NCBI GenBank assembly: GCA_951406725.2
Contig: OX597816.1
Location: forward strand, 17,174,001-17,238,000
Length of the DNA stretch: 64,000 bases
Reading direction: 5' to 3'
From: Octopus vulgaris
Taxonomy: Eukaryota
How positions within the stretch are numbered: the first letter of the stretch is position 1; every line of letters starts with the position of its first letter. Below, piece by piece: positions 12,563 through 25,697 of this stretch. The position numbers and the translations under genes are program-made. The notes under the pieces are model-generated. The model searched no databases. It worked only from the letters and a program-made list of their open reading frames with translations, and had not been told where the DNA came from.

Positions 12563-13527
12563 TAACCCTTTTGTTACCAACCCCGCTGAAACCAGCTCTG
12601 GCTCTGAGTACAAATGTCTTGTTTTCCTAAGTTTTGAATTAAAATATTCCACCAAACCTTAGGCACAATTTATGTTCCTAACACTAGCTGAATGATAACT
12701 AAGTTATTTTACTAAGTTCTTTGTTATATTTAAAGTAATTGAAAGAATCACAGAGCACTTTAACAGAAATATGGTATCAAAAGGGTTAAAATATATAACA
12801 GAGAAACAATTCTTAACCCTTTTGATACCAACCCGGCAGAAACTGCCCCTGGCTCTGTAGTACAAATGTCTTGTTTCCATAAGTTTTGAATTAAAATCTT
12901 CCACCAAACCTTAGTCACGTTCCTAACACTAGCTTAATGATAACTAAGTTATTTAACTAAATTCTTATATTTAAAGTAATTGAAAGAAACACAGAGCATC
13001 TCAACAGAAATATGGTACAAAAAGGGTTAAAATATATAATAGAGAAACAATTCTTAACCCTTTTGATACCAACCTGGCAGAAACTGCCTCTAGCTCTGTA
13101 GTACAAATGTCTTGTTTCCATAAGTTTTGAATTAAAATCTTCCACCAAACCTTAGTCACAATTTATGTTCCTAACACTAGCTTAATGATAACTAAGTTAT
13201 TTTACTAAATTCTTTGTTATATTTAAAGTAATTGAAAGAAACACAGAACATCTCAACAGAAATATAGTAACAAAAGGGTTAAAATATATAATAGAGAAAC
13301 AATTCTTAACTCTTTCGATACCAACCCGGCAGAAACTGCCTCTGTAGTACAAATGTCTTGTTTCCATAAGTTTTGAATTAAAATCTTCCACCAAACCTTA
13401 GTCACAATTTATGTTCCTAACACTAGTTGAATGATAACTAAGTTATTTTACTAAATTCTTTGTTATATTTAAAGTAATTGAAAGAAACACAGAGCATCTC
13501 AAAATAAATACAGTAACGAAATGTTTA
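12563..13527. mobile_element. Tandem array of four ~245-bp piggyBac-like MITE units
   Basis: Units run TTAACCCTTTTGATACCA...TGGTA(T/A)CAAAAGGGTTAA, joined by spacer AATATATAA(C/T)AGAGAAACAATTC. This produces the three near-identical MVEDFNSK ORFs. Confidence 0.8.
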
Positions 13528-14296
13528 ATATACTAAGTAACCACTAAAAAATATGGAGATAGAGTTAGGTTTCTGTGCTGCATCAGAAAATACTATTTAT
13601 TGGAGGCAGATTTGGAAGAGACACCACTGCGTAACATGAATTTTGTCCTTGGGTAGAAACTGTTGTTTCTTATTTGCTCACCCCTAGAAAGAATGAAAGA
13701 TGGCTAATATTTCCAATATTTCCTTTAAACTTTGTTACATTTATGGAAACTGCAAAGAATCCATGCACCCAACACCAGAGCTGAAGACACCTCCGAAAGG
13801 GGGGTGCCCACCACGTCAAAACAGTAGAGAAGTAGGGGCTGAAACTGGACATGGTTCCTCCTGATGATGTCTTGAGATAACTGGATCCTATAAAGAAGCT
13901 CTTGTGGTAGCAGACCACGAAACATTGTTGAAATTCCCCCTCTCCCAATACTCCTGCTCTTAATCAGAGATGCATGTATCATCAGCCACCATGTAACCTT
14001 CTTAAAGTGATATATCATAATTTCTACTCTTGTTCGAGTGGTTAAAGTCAAGTAACTGACAAGCTTATCTGTGATATTGAGCAGGATATTTGCTATAATG
14101 ATATTTCTGCTACAGCAACTTAGCATCGAATCTGTCTTAAATGTAATGGAAAATAGGTCAGTTTCAAAACATTGATCAAGTCCAGATCACAAAAGCAAAG
14201 TTTGAAGGGAATATTAGTCATCTCTGATTTCTAGAAAAAATCAAACAGAAAATAATGCTTACTGACAAAAAAAGTGAGAAAAGAAAAATTTTGCAC

Positions 14297-14680
14297 GAGT
14301 GGCTGTGTGGTAAGTAGCTTGCTTACCAACCACATGATTTTGGGTTCAGTTCGACTGCGTGACACTTTAGGTCTTCTACTATAGCCTCGGGCTCACCAAA
14401 GCCTTGTGAGTGGATTTGGTAGACAGAAATGAAAGAAGCCCGTGATATATATGTATGTGTGTGTGTGCTTGTGTGTCTGTGTCTGTCCCCCCACCATCGC
14501 TTGACAACCAATGCTGGTGTGTTTACATCTCCGTAACTTAGCGGTTTGGTAAAAGAGGCAGCTAGAATTAAGTACTAGACTTACAAAGAATAAGTCCTGG
14601 GGTTGATTTGCTCGACTAAAGGTGGTGCTCCAGCATGGCTACAGTCACACGACTGAAACAAGTAAAAGAGTGAAAAAGAG
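14297..14680 (+). mobile_element. Family A tRNA-derived SINE with CORE-like segment and internal (TG/TA)n
   Basis: A box TGGCTGTGTGG, B box GGTTCAGT, tail (GTAAAAGA)n. Confidence 0.85.
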
Positions 14681-15186
14681 AGTAAAGATAGTGTAATCCT
14701 TGTTAATCTCGTGTCCAAAGCAGAATCTATAAAAGAAACATCATGCTGTAATTGAAATTATAACCAATGTTATTCAGCAAAATATAATTTCCGTTGAGAA
14801 AATATTATGACTCTAAACAATAGGCAAGAAATGAATGAAACTGATGATAACCGTCCTATAGTGAAATGTCGTTTGTAATTGTGCAGCCCAAATTAAGGAA
14901 AAAATAATCAGAATTACAACACATTTGTTATGAATGAATTTGAAATATAAAAATGGAACAGAAAAGACAAGAATAAAGAATGACTAGGAATATTGGTGAA
15001 ATAGAAATGATTGTGCATGAAATATAAACCATTGAATAACCAAAAATAACATTATAATACTATTTGTTAAAAGAATCTTGGACAATATGTTTTGGTTTAC
15101 AATTTCATAATGGGGGCAGTGAGAAAAATACTGAAAAATTATTTCTTTTGAAATGCATGGTGTATTTCTTTGAAAAGATAAGCAGT

Positions 15187-15592
15187 AGTGGCTGTGTGGT
15201 AAGTAGCTTTTTTACCAAATACATGGTTCTGAGTTCGGTCCCACAGCATGGCACCTTGGGCAAGTGTCTTCTACTATAGCCCTAAGCAGACCAAAGCCTT
15301 GTAAGTGGATTTGGTACATGGAAACTGAAATAAATCCATCGTATATGTGTGTGTGTGTGTGTGTGTATGTGTGTATGTGTGTTTGTGTGTCTGTGTTTGT
15401 CCCAACTCCACATCGCTTGACAACCAAGGCTGGTGCGTTTACGTCACTGTAACTTAGCAGTTCAGCAAAAGAGGCAAATAGAATAAGTACTAGGCTTACA
15501 AAGAATAAGTCCTGGGTCGATTTGCTCAACTAAAGGCAGTGATCCAGTATGGCTGCAGTCAAATGACTGAAACAAGTAAAAGAGTAAAAGAA
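15187..15592 (+). mobile_element. Family A SINE, full length
   Basis: GTGGCTGTGTGGTAAGTAGC...GGCACCTTGGGCAAGTGTC...GACTGAAACAAGTAAAAGAG. Confidence 0.85.
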
Positions 15593-16310
15593 TTATTTCA
15601 TTTTATTGGGGAAATTGAAGAAAAATTTAGAAAAATATAAACCATTTGGAAATGTTGCTAATATTAACTTCAAATCTTGGCACAATGCCAGTAATTTCAG
15701 GGAATGTGGGTAAGTCAATTACATCAACCCCCACTACTCAACTAGAACTTATTCTATCCACCCTGGATGGATGAACGACAAAGTCGATTTTGGCAGGATT
15801 TGAACACCATGTTAGTTAAAGAAAGACAAAATGCCAAGATGCAGTTTTCAGTTTTTTTTTACACAAGTCCAGTGGGAGTGAGGCATCCCTTAGCTTTTGT
15901 TAAAGCATACCTCTAGAGCCAGCTTCAAATCTAGGCTACGTCACTCTAATAATCAGAGGTGACTTGGACAACAAGTCCTATGCATCAGTTGACAATCAAT
16001 GGTAAGATGAGCAGCTATGGATTACACAATCTCCAAAGTGTGTTATCATGTGACCAGGGACCACATGTGGACTTGTATTCCTAATGACAATGGCTATGGC
16101 ATCCACACTATCTGCAGCCAGCTGTCAGATGTTGTCTGCATTTGTGAGGGGGATGTGATGAACTCATTGTTTAAAGCTGGCTCAATTCACCTCAGGTGAA
16201 TTCTGCCTCAAGGGCAGGTAGTAAGAATATTCTTATTTTTAAGTTTCTGTGCCATTTTAGTTACTTTCTTTGATTCATGGTGTAGGGGAAGAGTTACATC
16301 ATTTTTATAC

Positions 16311-16544
16311 TTATTTCTTAACTACCCACATGGGGCTAAACACAGAGAGGACAAACAAGGGCAGACAAATGGATTAAGTCGATTATATTGACCCCAGTGC
16401 ATAACTGGTACTTATTTAATTGACCCCGAAAGGATGAAAGGCAAAGTCGATCTTGACGGAATTTGAACTCGAATGTAACGGCGGACGAAATACGGCTACG
16501 CATTTTGCCCGGTGTGCTAATGTTTCTGCCAGATTGCCGCCTTT
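16311..16544 (-). mobile_element. Family B SINE monomer with 13-bp TSD
   Basis: TSD ATCA(T/C)TTTTATAC at 16298-16310 and 16545-16557. Confidence 0.85.
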
Positions 16545-17154
16545 ATCACTTTTATACCATGTCTACTTTATTATAAGTTCTGGCATTTCCTATACCTCCT
16601 AACCTAACAGAATCTAGACCACTTTAGAAGACTTTATTACTGCTTCATTACCAAAATTACCAAAGCGGAAATTCCTGTGTGATTTAACAATTTTGACTAA
16701 ATTTTTATCATTGTCACTCAGTGTATACAGAAGCACTTCACACCAGAGAGTTGTCCCCTTTTTAAGCAATTTGCTTATGCTTCAAATGAAAAATTGATGT
16801 CCTTAGTTCAAAAGGGTAAAACCTTCAATGATGATGAATTTCTTGAATTAATTAAACCTATAACCCTTGTCAGAGATATGTCAAGTTTAAAACACTTCTA
16901 CTGTGACCAGTAGTAAGATTAACTCTTGGAAATAAGTTCTATTACATAATTTGTCTTGATATGAAGAAGCATATTCACACTAAATAATATTCTGCATCTT
17001 ATACAATATCTAACACTTTAACTTATGTACAAGGCATCTTTATTGTAACAGTGTCTGAGAAAGTGATGCAATGTTGAATAACATCATGTGTATTTGGTCA
17101 GCTTCCACTATTGTATGAACTTCTTTTATTTTGAAAGCTTCTAGTGAAATATTT

Positions 17155-17464
17155 AATGGACTCACACTTAAAACATTGTGTGATTTTGTTTTCACCGTCT
17201 GGAAGACTGATTTACCTCCTCCGTAAATAGTTACCTCTTTAAAATTGTTGACCTCCTCTTTCACCATCAAATTTGTATTAGTTAGTTGTTTACTGTCTTT
17301 TGTTCACAATTTACATCTAGTATTTTACCCTCCCTTGACAAAATCAATAGTAAAACCTTCAAAATTGGAATCGCTACTTGCTGACGCCACTTCTTTCACA
17401 ACAAACATAAACACTTCTCTTCAAACGTGGAAATAACCATGTGGTCTAAACAATTTCACAGTAT

Positions 17465-17502
<38 letters not shown>

Positions 17503-18024
17503 TGTTTAACGTCCGTTTTCCATGCTAGCATGGGCTGGACAGTTCAACTGGTGTCTGGTAAGCCAGAAGGCTGCGCCAGGCCCAGTCTGATCTGGCAGTG
17601 TTTCTACAGCTGGATGCCCTTCCTAATGCCAACCACCCCATGAGTGTAGTGGGTGCTTATACTTGAATAAAGGCGGGAAAGGCTTCATCTCGCATTATCT
17701 CAAAGCTACGAGAATTCATTAACGTGATTTGTTTATTTTTTTAGTAATTTCGTAGAGCAGCCGGATTTGGCCAGTTTGAACAAATAAAGGGGAATTAGTT
17801 TTGGCCAGTTACAGTCGGTTTGAACACTAAAGGGTTAATGGACTTACTTAAAACATTGTATGATTTTGTCTTCACCGTCTGGAATACTGACTTACCTCCG
17901 CAGTAAATAGTTACCTCTTTAAAATTGTTGACCTCCTCTTTCACCATCAGATTCGAATTAGTTAGTTGTTTACTGCCTCTTGTTCACAATTTACATCTGG
18001 TATTATACCTTCCCTTGACAAAAT
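17155..18024. repeat. ~190-bp direct duplication (17155-17345 and 17836-18024)
   Basis: TAATGGACT...CTTAAAACATTGT...CCCTTGACAAAAT occurs twice. Confidence 0.85.
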
Positions 18025-18624
18025 ACCACCAAACATTTTGTTGATGGTATCTGTCATAGCTTCATCTGTTAAATTACTACAAGCAGTATGTGTACCAACT
18101 TCTGCTCTTTTGCCGAAGTGCTGACAGTTTTAACACAAAAAAAATATGCCATCACCTTCTGGTTAAAATCATTCCAAATTTCAATAACTTTTGATAGAGA
18201 AATTCATAATAAACCAGAAAGTTTTTGATATTGGTGCCTGAAGGTCTTCTGTAAGAATTTAACTCTTTAAAAATCATGCGAGCTCATGTATTCTCATCAT
18301 GAAGATATATTTTATCAAGTTTATCTGATGTAAATTTGAGAACAGAGTCTTTGCCAGTGTCTGCAGGTTCTGAGTTATGAATGTGTTATAAAGCAATGGT
18401 AGGAAAACAGCAGGACTCGGCTTTATTTTTTAGCATATCTGTATAAAGTGTCTGAATACCTAAAGCTTCTAATCATTCTCTGTATGATTCCTCATTGGAC
18501 AAAATCGGCAACTGTTTCATAAAATTCACCATTAAATCCAAATTATACCACAATAAACAGCACATAACAGAGTATCTCATACTTTTTAAAAAAAATTTTT
18601 AATTTTAATTTCAATTTAATTTTT

Positions 18625-18955
18625 ATTGGCTCAAAAAGCAAAAGCAAGGCTATGTAGGGGGACATGGAGTTATGTACAGGGAGGATGATCATACAAAGAG
18701 CTCAGGCCATTTCTGGTCAAGAGAGACTTTGAATCGAGCGGTCGTCGGCATCTTCACTATCTTGTCTGGCAGCTTATTCCATGGATCCACAACCTAGATG
18801 GAGAAAGCCCCTCTCCTTCGATTGAGATGGGATCGTCGTAGATAGAGCTTTTTGGAGTGACCCCACAGCTCACGCTCTGGAGCAGGAGTGAAGAACAGCT
18901 CTTTCGAGAGGTTACACTTTCCGCTTATGATGTTGTGAGCGAGAATGAGATCACT
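18625..18955 (-). mobile_element. CR1-clade LINE 3' fragment
   Basis: DLILAHNIISG...LWGHSKKL...RRGAFSI*VVDPWNKLPDKIV...FKVSLD. Confidence 0.75.
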
Positions 18956-19164
18956 TGGATGAAGATAGGTGTTACAACCATTAAACTTTTTCTGGTGTGC
19001 TCTTCTCAGTGTTTAGTCATCATAAACACCAACTCTGTATTTCTAGCCATCTTTTTTAAACACCTCTTACGTATTTTTAAATATTTTCCTTGAGCCTTAG
19101 AACTCATAAGGCTTTTTTACCTGATTTCCAATTTGAAGAAGTGATCAAGATCACAACAATTCCA

Positions 19165-19597
19165 ATGTACAGTAATCTTTAGCCTTATCATTTTGGGGGG
19201 AGGTAGGGAGAAGTCAATTAGATTGACCCCAGTACACAACTGGTATTTAATATGTTGACCCCAAAAGGATGAAAGGCAAAGTTGACCTCGGCAGAATTTG
19301 AACTCGGAACGTAAAGACATACAAAATACTGCTATGAATTTCGTCCGGCATGCTAACATTTCTTATTTCTTTACTACCCACAAGGGGCTAAACATAGAGG
19401 GGACAAACAAGGACAGACAAAGGGATTAAGTCGATTATATCGACCCCATTGCATAACTGGTACTTAATTTATCGACCCAAAAAGTATGAAAAGCAAAGTC
19501 GACTCTTGGTAGAATTTGAACTCAGAACGTAAAGACATACGAAATACCGCAAAGCATCTCATCCAGCATGCTAACATTTCTGCCAGCTCACCACCTT
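19165..19597 (-). mobile_element. Two tandem family B SINE units
   Basis: Reverse complement of the family B head and body, twice. Confidence 0.8.
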
Positions 19598-20159
19598 ATA
19601 TACTTCTCAGTAATTTACCTGCATATTTTCATTATTGTCTTCATCCATGAAATACTTTATTTTCATAAGGTATTTCTTCTTACAAGGGCTAAGCCTCAAA
19701 GTGTATGGAGACTTGAGAGCCACCAGTCAAAGATAAGTTTTATTCTTATATAAGTTAATGATAAATTCATAAATATCCATCTATTTATATGCAGATATTT
19801 TTGGATTTCAGATAGTCTGGCTTATCATTTGATGACTATTTACTACATTTTTGTTGACCATCATTAATTTTCTAATGTATAAAAATTTGTTCAATGAATG
19901 CTTTCTATTGCCTCGTGGTTTACAGATTTTGAAAGTGTTTTTATTATTATTAGTTGAATGATGTTAGTTATACTAGTATAATGTATCCATAATTATTTTT
20001 ATTTGAGAATATTACTATTGATGTAGAATATTAGATATTTGGTTCACGAAAAATTATTGACTTGTTGATGGTCTATTATCACATTAATTTCTGGATTCAT
20101 CAGTTTGTCACACACACACACACATGCACACATGTGCTCATACACCTACACATACATAC

Positions 20160-21257
20160 AACAACAACATCTAACCACTTGACCAAGTTTACATACATGA
20201 GGCTGTTAACATCATAAGACTGGGATGACAGTTACTTGAGCAACAGTTTTTGTCTGATAACCTAAAATACTTGCCCAAAGAAGTCACACAACTCTACTAC
20301 AACATCTCATCAGAAGAAAGGATGATCTTATATGAGCAGAAGACCATGCATGGATATGTTAGTAGGAAGCTCTGAGATGATAGTAACATCGATCATCAAA
20401 TCAGTTTATCATGGACGATTAGCCAGATTACTATCTCTCACTTTGAAGGGTATGCATTTGCAATCCAGGAACAGGAAATATCAACCAAGCACCTGATGTA
20501 TAAAAAGGGGTAGAGATGCAGGAAAAGCTGTAAAATGGGACAACCGATGCAGACTTTGTGGAGTTCACACTGAAGATATCACAGACATCATAAGCAGTTG
20601 TCTGAAAATTTCATCACAGTATTATTTACCGATGAGACATAACATTGTTGCTAGGTAACTCAATAATGAAATCTGTCGGAAAGATAATCCTGAAGTCAAA
20701 TAAATAAGAACCCACAATATAGTAGAAGCCATAGCCACTCATAATAAAAAGGAATACTGGTGGAATGTTACAGTGAAGACCTTAATAAAATCTAAGCATA
20801 ACAGACCTGATATAATGATTTGGGACAGAGAAGAGAAACTGCGTACAGTTGTGGAAATTAGCTGCCCAGTGGATGTTAACATAAGGCTGAAGATCAGAGA
20901 GAAAGAAAATACCTATGAACTATTGAGAAATCTGCAGTTACTCTATCCAGATTACAAGTTCAGGTTTATGCCTGTAATTATTGGGGCCCTGAAGTATGTA
21001 ACACACTGCCTAAATACCAATCTTGAGAAATTAGGCTTCTCAAAACCAGACAGGAGAAAGTTAATTTGAAGGCTACAGATCCAATCCATCACTGGAACTG
21101 TAAAAATCTGTTAAACTTTCCAGAAGTTTAGCATTTAAAAATATATGAGCATGTCTAGATATGCAACTATATGCATGAGAATGCATACATAAAACATACA
21201 AGTCTGCATACATACATACATACATACATACATACATACATACATACATACATACAT
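20160..21257 (+). mobile_element. Degenerate 5'-truncated R4/Dong-like non-LTR element (CCHC + restriction-like endonuclease) ending in (TACA)n
   Basis: YEQKTMHGY...FEGYAFAIQEQEI...CRLCGVHTEDITDIISSC...RH...HNRPDIMIWD...VVEISCP...KENTY...PVIIGAL, with stops and frameshifts. Confidence 0.8.
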
Positions 21258-21450
21258 GATGTTAACATAAAGCTGGAGATCAGTGAAGAGAACACCTATG
21301 CTGAACTATTGAGAAACTTGCAGTTACTCTATCCAGATTACAAGCTCGGGTTTATATCTGTAATTATTGGGGCCCTGGCATATGTAACACACTGCACAAA
21401 TACCAATCTTGAGAAATTAGGCTTCTCAAAACCAGAAAGGGGAAAGATAA
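21257..21450 (+). repeat. Partial tandem duplicate of the endonuclease region 20872-21065
   Basis: DVNIKLEISEENTYAELLRNLQLLYPDYK...GFSKPERGK. Confidence 0.85.
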
Positions 21451-21518
21451 TGTATTTTATTTCCAATTTTTGTAACTTCTCTTTCGTTTATTTTATTCTT
21501 TTGAATATATAGCTATAA

Positions 21519-21915
<397 letters not shown>

Positions 21916-23167
21916 TTCCTGTGTTTGGGTTGTTTATTGTTTGATAAGATAAGAAATTATTACTTTGCTTGGAAACTGGTGAGGGATGGTTTCGGTGGGG
22001 GGTGGGGTGGGTCGTCTGGCCATAGAAATCTTCTGCCCTCACACACTCTCATCTGATTCCTATGAAACAGTGTACTATTTATCCTGTTTTTAAAACAACG
22101 GGCCATATACCAATTTTAATAATTTGTTATGTTGCTTTGATCTCAAAGCAAATGAGAGTATTTATCTTAGCCAGATTCCTTCCCTGAATATTGAAGAAAA
22201 TAATTAAGTCCATTTTTTTTTGTTTGTTTTAATCACCAACAAAAAGAAGAAAAAAACAGAAACAAAAATATAACAAAAAAGAAAAACAATGGTATGTTGG
22301 TATTTTGCGTTTCCTTCTCATAACTGATCACACAACCATTGGATTTTCTTTAGACTAATTAAATGATAATGGAATTTATAACTGGTATTTAGAAATGATA
22401 GCTTATCAGAGACAATATTCCTTTTGTTTCAGGATGAGAGACTAAGATCTGAGTAACTTTTCAGGTATTTTTGAAGTGAAACGCTTTCAACGTCTCTGAT
22501 TGAAGAAACAGAACTTAATGAAAAATATTTCAGCAATCTTTGCAAGCTGTCAAAAAATTTCCTCTATTTTTATCTATATTTTTTTTTTAAATCTTCATTT
22601 TTTTTTCTTTCACGTTTGTTAACAATTTTATTAATTAGAAATTGTCTGATACTTCTAAAAATATTACATTTTTTTTTATTTGGTTATTATTTATTACTAT
22701 ATTAATTTATATATATTTTTTTTTTTACTGTTTATTCAGCACTGCCTGGATGGTGACTTTCTACAACCTTAGAAGGTTGTAATGTTCTGACTTCAGTTTA
22801 TGCATAGATTTATAGCGGAATAAATTCAACTGTTTCTGTGATCTTGTTCTTTGCTAATTACCTCCATTTTACAACTACATCATCACTTTGCATTGGTTTA
22901 TCAGCATCTTTGAGTTTAATTATACGTCACATTAATAACATTAAATATTCTTCAACAAGACAGGAGAGATGCAAGAAAGAAGATGAAAAAGACAACAAAA
23001 AAGAAACAGACTTTGTACTTTTTATGAAATTCAGAGACGATAAATTGTTTCATTCTGGAATTGAGATTTATACACAATGTGGAGAAACTGACCAATAATA
23101 ACTAAAAGAATTACAGTTTGTCATCGTCATCAGGACTGTCAGTGTTGTCATTGTCATTTATATCATT

Positions 23168-24040
23168 GTCCTCCTCCCCCTCCTCCTCCCCCTCCTCCTC
23201 CTCTTCCTCCTCCCCTTCTTCCTCTTCTCCTTCTTCTCCTTCTTCTTCTTCCTCCTCCTCCTCCTCCTCCTCCTCTTCTCCCTCCTCCTCTTCTTCTTCT
23301 TCTCCCTCCTCCTCTTCTTCTTCTTCTCCCTCCTCCTCTTCTTCTTCTTCTTCTTCTTCTTCTTCCTCCTCCTCCTCCTCCTCCTCTTCTTCCTCCTCTT
23401 CTTCTTCCTCCTCTTCTTCTTCCTCCTCCTCTTCTTCTTCTTCCTCCTCCTCTTCTTCCTCCTCCTCTTCTTCTTCCTCCTCTTCTTCTTCTTCTTCTTC
23501 TTCTTCTTCTTCCTCCTCTTCTTCCTCCTCCTCTTCTTCTTCTTCTTCCTCCTCTTCTTCTTCCTCCTCCTCTTCTTCCTCCTCCTCTTCTTCTTCCTCC
23601 TCTTCTTCTTCCTCCTTTTCTTCTTCCTCCTCTTCTCCCTCCTCCTCTTCTTCTTCTTCTTCTTCTTCTTCCTCCTCTTCTTCTTCCTCCTCCTCTTCTC
23701 CCTCCTCCTCTTCTTCTTCTTCTTCTTCTTCTTCTTCTCCTCTTCTTCTTCCTCCTCCTCTTCTCCCTCTTCCTCTTCTTCTTCTTCTTCTTCTTCTCCC
23801 TCCTCCTCCTCCTCTTCTTCTTCCTCCTCCTCCTCCTCCTCCTCTTCTTCTTCCTCCTCTTCTTCTTCCTCCTCTTCTTCTTCCTCCTCTTCTTCTTCCT
23901 CCTCCCCTTCCTCCTCCTCTTCTTCTTCCTTCCTCCACCTCCTCCTCCTCATCTTCTTCTTCTTCTTCTTCTTCTTCTTCTTCTTCTTCCTCCTTCCTTC
24001 TTCCTCCTCCTCCTCCTCCTCCTCCTCTTCCCCCTCCCCT
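23168..24040. repeat. ~870-bp (CTT/CCT)n polypyrimidine tract
   Basis: Direct reading; almost purely pyrimidine on the + strand. Confidence 0.95.
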
Positions 24041-24260
24041 ACAATCAATTTAATATACTTTTTCTTCTCTTACCACAAAGTTTCAAATATGAAGGCGCAG
24101 GTGTGACCGTGCAGTAAGAAGTTTGCTTCCCAAACACGTTCCAGATTCAGTCCCACTGCATGGTACTTTGGGCGAGTATCTTCTACAGCCTTAGGCCTAC
24201 CAAAACGTTGTGAGTGGATTTGGTAGATGGAAACTGAAAGAAGCCCATATATATAATAAT

Positions 24261-24410
24261 ACAGGATAAGCTACCCCTATTATTGCAGAAAAATGTGTTG
24301 GCGGCTGGCTCAAAAACTCACATCTCTGTGATTACACATTGCGGTACTCTGAAGCATTAAGCTAAACTGCCAACACTTTTTTCTGCAAAAGTAGGGGAAG
24401 CTTATCCTGT
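24261..24410. repeat. Foldback inverted repeat with ~42-bp arms
   Basis: ACAGGATAAGCT..TTGCAGAAAAA.GTGTTGGC pairs with GCCAACAC..TTCTGCAA..AGCTTATCCTGT. Confidence 0.85.
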
Positions 24411-24882
24411 TCATGCTATATCATTAGCATTATCCTGCGTTTGAGAATTTAAAATCACTTCTTTAACCTTCTAAGACATCTCAACGCTTCTAAAGCAAAC
24501 TTCATTTGTTTGTTTATGTTCATCGTGATTTGAATTTTATATATATATATACATATATATATATATAATAATTATTTGAGGGAATATAAATCCAAACTTA
24601 TAGGGAAAAAAATTCAATTTAGAAATACTAAATCAAATTTCACACAATATAATATATATATATATATATATTCCCTCTCTCTCTTTCGGAGAGGCACTGA
24701 GCAGCTATACGCACATATACACACATGCAGTAACTTCCACCTACCGAATTCAATCACAAAGCTCCGGTCGGCTCGGGGCTATAGTGGAAGACACCTACCC
24801 AAAGTGCCAAGCAGTGGGACTGAACCCGAAACCATGTAGCTAGGAAGCAAGCTCCCTAACCACACAGCCATGCCCATATATG

Positions 24883-25099
24883 AAATTAGAAAAAACCACC
24901 TTTTATCAATTCAAAATGAACAATTAAATTACATTATATTCTACCAATTATATACGTTTTTATTATTTTTTTGCAATTTACTTAATCATTGATATTTCAT
25001 TGTTATTTCAATTTTAATACTTCTATTATATGTAATTATCTAGATGGTGTAATTTAATTGTTCATTTTGAATTGACAAAAGGTGGTTTTTTTATAATTT
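24883..25099. repeat. Foldback inverted repeat with ~50-bp arms, between TA runs
   Basis: AAAAAACCACCTTTTATCAATTCAAAATGAACAATTAAATTACA pairs with TGTAATTTAATTGTTCATTTTGAATTGACAAAAGGTGGTTTTTT. Confidence 0.85.
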
Positions 25100-25396
25100 A
25101 TATATATATATATATATATATACTGGCACTCTGTAACGAAACAGCCTGCTTGTGAAATTAATGTGCAAGTGGGTGGGCCCTGCACAGACACATGTATCCT
25201 TAATGTAGTTTTCAGGGGGATTCAGTGTGACAAGGCTGGCCCTTTGAAATAAAGATACTACTCATATTTTGTCAGCTGAGGGGAGTGGAGTAACATGAAA
25301 TAAAGTGTCTTGTTTAAGGATACAATGCATCACTAGGAATTGAATTCACCACCTAATGATCATGAGCTCAATACTCTAACCTCTATGCCTTCACAC

Positions 25397-25459
<63 letters not shown>

Positions 25460-25661
25460 TATATATATGTATATATATATATATATATATATCATCATCA
25501 TCATCATCATTTAGTGTCTGCTTTCCATGCTAGCATGGGTTAAACAGTTTGATTGAAAATGTTAAGCTGGAGAGCTGCACCAAATTCCAGTCTGATTTGG
25601 CACCATTTCTATGACTTGATGCCCTTCTTAATGCCAAATGTGTGTGTGTGTGTGTGTGTGG

Positions 25662-25697
<36 letters not shown>

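Larger units (their letters stand above)
16225..18530 (-). pseudogene. Decayed Ty1/Copia (GalEa-like) gag-protease, interrupted by a SINE, an RTE fragment and a MITE
   Basis: Minus-strand translation gives gag-like KLDKIYLHDENT*ARMIFKELNSYRRPSGTNIKNFLVYYEFLYQKL...ACSNLTDEAMTDTINKMFGG and protease-region-like YTLSDNDKNLVKIVKSHRNFRFGN...KSSKVV. It has many stops and frameshifts. Confidence 0.6.

Noticed and set aside
12563-13527. Regular repeats and triplicated MVEDFNSK ORFs as a CRISPR array or gene family
   Set aside because: The spacers are essentially identical, there are no cas genes, and the units have TTAA-CCC TIR ends.
13781-13930. CTGAAGA-hairpin and CTGATGA...GAAAC motifs
   Set aside because: The first stem is not followed by GAAA, and the second lacks a proper stem II.
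18960-19750. Possible Copia integrase C-terminal remnants on the minus strand
   Set aside because: The similarity is too weak by eye and the order relative to gag is wrong; it needs tBLASTx.
22420-22470. Possible micro-exon TTTCAG...CAG|GTATTT
   Set aside because: Splice-like motifs occur by chance in AT-rich DNA and there is no supporting coding context.
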